Positions 35,498 to 37,312 of a stretch of 37,312 nt of DNA are shown here, in pieces. Position 1 is the first letter of the stretch, and each line of letters opens with the position of its first letter. Source of the stretch: a virus. Lineage: Duplodnaviria; Caudoviricetes. The position numbers and the translations under genes are program-made. The notes beneath the pieces are model-generated. The model was not told where the DNA came from. It did not search any database and saw only the letters and a list, made by a program, of their open reading frames with translations. The DNA is taken from positions 1-37,312 of IMG/VR virus record IMGVR_UViG_3300033067_000845, one strand, 5' to 3'.

Positions 35498-37067
35498 TTT
35501 CTTTTTTAGCGTCTAAAGCACTTGATATTGCTTCGAAGTCCTCCTCAGCTTTATCTGATAATACCTGTTGCTCATCTGTCTTCTTGATTGCAACATTTCT
35601 CCAACCCTTTACTCGCTTACCCAGAACATCAGTAATCAATCCCTCACTAGCGAATGTACAATAGAATAGGAACTTACTGCCGAACATCTTAATCGTCTCT
35701 GTAGCTAGTCCCTCTCTCAAGCAGAAGTCTGAATAGGCTTCGTACATCTTCTCCTTGCTTATCTCATTGCCACCGTCTTGGTCTATCTGAGTTGATGAGA
35801 ATATCGCAATTGACGATCCGCTCTTCATCATCTCTCGCTTAGTATCCATAGCACTGTTATCATATGAGAACTTTCCATTATCAAGCAATCGCCTCAAACC
35901 TGCTATAGCGTAATTGAACAGTCCCGATCGCTCTTCCTCTGTTGTAAGTGTTGCTATGAAGTTAGGGATTTTCTTCTCAATGGTCTTCTCAAATCTTATT
36001 ATCATCCACCTGTTGAAATAGGCAATATCATCAAAGTCTGTAACATCTGGTATCTTATTACAAGCGAAAGTCAGCTTAGAGAAATTGTTGAATGAGAATT
36101 GATTACCGAATTTGTACTCCCCTGATATTGACCCTCCACCTGTTGCAATCTTGAACTGTCCCGTGTCAGTAATGTCCTTAGCCGATAGTTCATCTACAAT
36201 GTTTCCATGCTTCTCGTATAAATGTGCCGCCGAGAACTTGTCGCTGGACATTTTCTGCAATGAGATTGATGAGATGTTATTCTTTCCTAGTAGAAAGACA
36301 ATGGTCTCCAGTAGTGTTGTCTTACCTGTATCACCCTCTCCAACGAATATAATAGCCTTCTTGAACTGATATAGGCGGTAGAAGTAATAGCCTATCCACT
36401 CCTGCACAATGTTCTCCTGATGTTCGTGTAGTACCTGCTTAAAAAAGGCTTTTGTCTTTGGGCAATCAGCGTCTTTCTTATAAATGATAGGGAATTGATA
36501 AGTGAACCTGTACTGTGGTGAGTGTGGTAATAGCTCGTCTTTCTCTAAATCATAGACACCGTTTGCTAGGGGGATAATGTTAAGCGGAGCAGAAGTGAAA
36601 ATCGAGCGGGGGTGTGATGTCATGTCAGCAATCTTGTGGAATGTCTCAGTCTTTGAGTTTTTGTTTGTATGCTCTTGCAGTATTCTCTGTATCTCTGGAT
36701 AGATTAATTCATTCTCCGCTCTGAAGTAGATACCATTTTTGTACACATACATCTCCCTCTCAGTCTCTCCAACAGTTATGATGTCGTATTTCTTTGTAAG
36801 GTATTGTGCAAGTGCGTATGTTCCCTTTGTCTTATTAGAAACAAAGTTCTTTTTTATTTCGATTTCTTCTTCAACCTTATTGAGATTTTCTAGCTTTTCC
36901 TTTTCTTCGATCTTCACCACATTAAAACAATTCACAATGTCCTCCGAAGTTGCGTACTGTAAATGAGCATTAATGAATGAGGGTAATAGCGAGTCCCAAA
37001 TCTTTGGATCGGGCGGACATAATTGTATGGTACTCCTTATAAAATTTTGAATTTCTTGTAATGTCAT
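35481..37067 (-). CDS. D5/P4-type SF3 helicase (primase-helicase C-terminal part)
   Basis: D5_N-like IPLANGVYDL..PHSP.YRFT, GEGDTGKTT, IVDEL, FKIATGG, FACNKIP, RWMIIRF, winged-helix tail. Confidence 0.9.
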   Translation of the reverse strand: MTLQEIQNFIRSTIQLCPPDPKIWDSLLPSFINAHLQYATSEDIVNCFNVVKIEEKEKLENLNKVEEEIEIKKNFVSNKTKGTYALAQYLTKKYDIITVGETEREMYVYKNGIYFRAENELIYPEIQRILQEHTNKNSKTETFHKIADMTSHPRSIFTSAPLNIIPLANGVYDLEKDELLPHSPQYRFTYQFPIIYKKDADCPKTKAFFKQVLHEHQENIVQEWIGYYFYRLYQFKKAIIFVGEGDTGKTTLLETIVFLLGKNNISSISLQKMSSDKFSAAHLYEKHGNIVDELSAKDITDTGQFKIATGGGSISGEYKFGNQFSFNNFSKLTFACNKIPDVTDFDDIAYFNRWMIIRFEKTIEKKIPNFIATLTTEEERSGLFNYAIAGLRRLLDNGKFSYDNSAMDTKREMMKSGSSIAIFSSTQIDQDGGNEISKEKMYEAYSDFCLREGLATETIKMFGSKFLFYCTFASEGLITDVLGKRVKGWRNVAIKKTDEQQVLSDKAEEDFEAISSALDAKKENEVKF

Positions 37068-37080
37068 TTTTTATAAACAA

Positions 37081-37180
37081 AAATCAGTGTATGAACAGCG
37101 AGGGTCGATGCCCGCAATTATTGTAATCATGCAAAAACAATAATTTCATACACTGATTTATATTTACAAATTATCGACCT
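37081..37180 (-). promoter_or_regulatory. Structured 5' leader of the D5-like helicase gene
   Basis: 15-bp stem 37081-37095/37145-37159, inner stem 37116-37124/37137-37145, extra pairing 37103-37109/37173-37179; U-tract just before ATG 37067. Confidence 0.7.
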
Positions 37181-37194
37181 GTTTGTCATGCGAT

Positions 37195-37242
37195 ATATTA
37201 TGAGCGTTATTTTTTTATTTGCAAGGGCTTAACTGTTGATAA
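37195..37242 (-). promoter_or_regulatory. Sigma70-like promoter with upstream DnaA-box variant
   Basis: Minus strand: TTATCAACA (37242-37234), 9 nt, TTGCAA (37224-37219), then CATAAT (16-nt spacer) or TAATAT (18-nt spacer). Confidence 0.6.
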
Positions 37243-37312
37243 GTTCTTTCTGCGAGTGAGCCAGCCCCTCTTGGCAATCTTCGATCGCATTGTTTTTGGT
37301 GTTTGTCTCCAC
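37207..37312 (-). CDS. 3' end of a small basic protein entering from beyond the window
   Basis: Hand translation ...WRQTPKTMRSKIAKRGWLTRRKNLSTVKPLQIKK*. Confidence 0.5.
   Translation of the reverse strand, partial: WRQTPKTMRSKIAKRGWLTRRKNLSTVKPLQIKK

Larger units (their letters stand above)
1..37312. mobile_element. Near-complete dsDNA tailed bacteriophage genome, short-tail (podovirus-like) organisation; probable Patescibacteria/CPR host
   Basis: Ordered terS-terL-portal-scaffold-capsid-adaptor-nozzle-ejection-fibre-lysis block on +, replication and accessory genes on -. No host housekeeping genes, integrase, tape measure or sheath recognised. Confidence 0.93.

Noticed and set aside
37207-37312. 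Circular closure: joining base 1 to base 37312 keeps the adenine MTase frame open (...AVWHK-WRQTPKTMRSKIAKRGWLTRRKN...)
   Set aside because: No terminal overlap is visible, and the added tail looks like a different small basic protein rather than an MTase end. An open join over ~35 codons can occur by chance. Junction-spanning reads would be needed.
1-37312. Stop-codon reassignment
   Set aside because: Long genes are intact in code 11, and TAA, TAG and TGA all occur at well-packed gene ends.

Overview
The window holds a near-complete ~37 kb dsDNA tailed-phage genome in the standard genetic code, with no integrase, DNA polymerase or reverse transcriptase visible. The left arm (1-2184, minus strand) is a tightly packed run of small accessory genes ending in an N6-adenine methyltransferase that runs off the edge. 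A divergent control region follows (2185-2645). It contains sigma70 promoters, a DnaA-box-like motif and a ~30-bp inverted repeat pair enclosing a perfect TTGACA-17-TATAAT promoter. The plus-strand virion operon (2646-26771) encodes TerS, a lambda gpA-like TerL, portal, scaffold, major capsid, decoration proteins, adaptor, nozzle, three ejection-type proteins, fibre and LamG proteins, and a lysis module. This layout is short-tailed (podovirus-like), with no tape measure or sheath. The right arm (26830-37067, minus strand) encodes a C5-cytosine methyltransferase, two tandem-repeat proteins with conserved partners, a RecU-like nuclease, an SNF2-like helicase, SSB, a PD-(D/E)xK nuclease and a D5-like SF3 helicase. 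A-rich starts without Shine-Dalgarno sites, sigma70 promoters and Parcubacteria-style GIGT/ATST repeats suggest a Patescibacteria (CPR) host; this is inference. The most unusual observations are (i) a set of long-stem-closed intergenic RNA structures, two of them tRNA-like and bracketing the cytosine MTase, (ii) the promoter enclosed by inverted repeats between the divergent operons, (iii) signal-peptide-bearing adhesin and LamG genes inside the tail module, and (iv) a recurring DnaA-box/promoter/AGGTCGATAA architecture. All product calls come from motif recognition by eye, not database searches.
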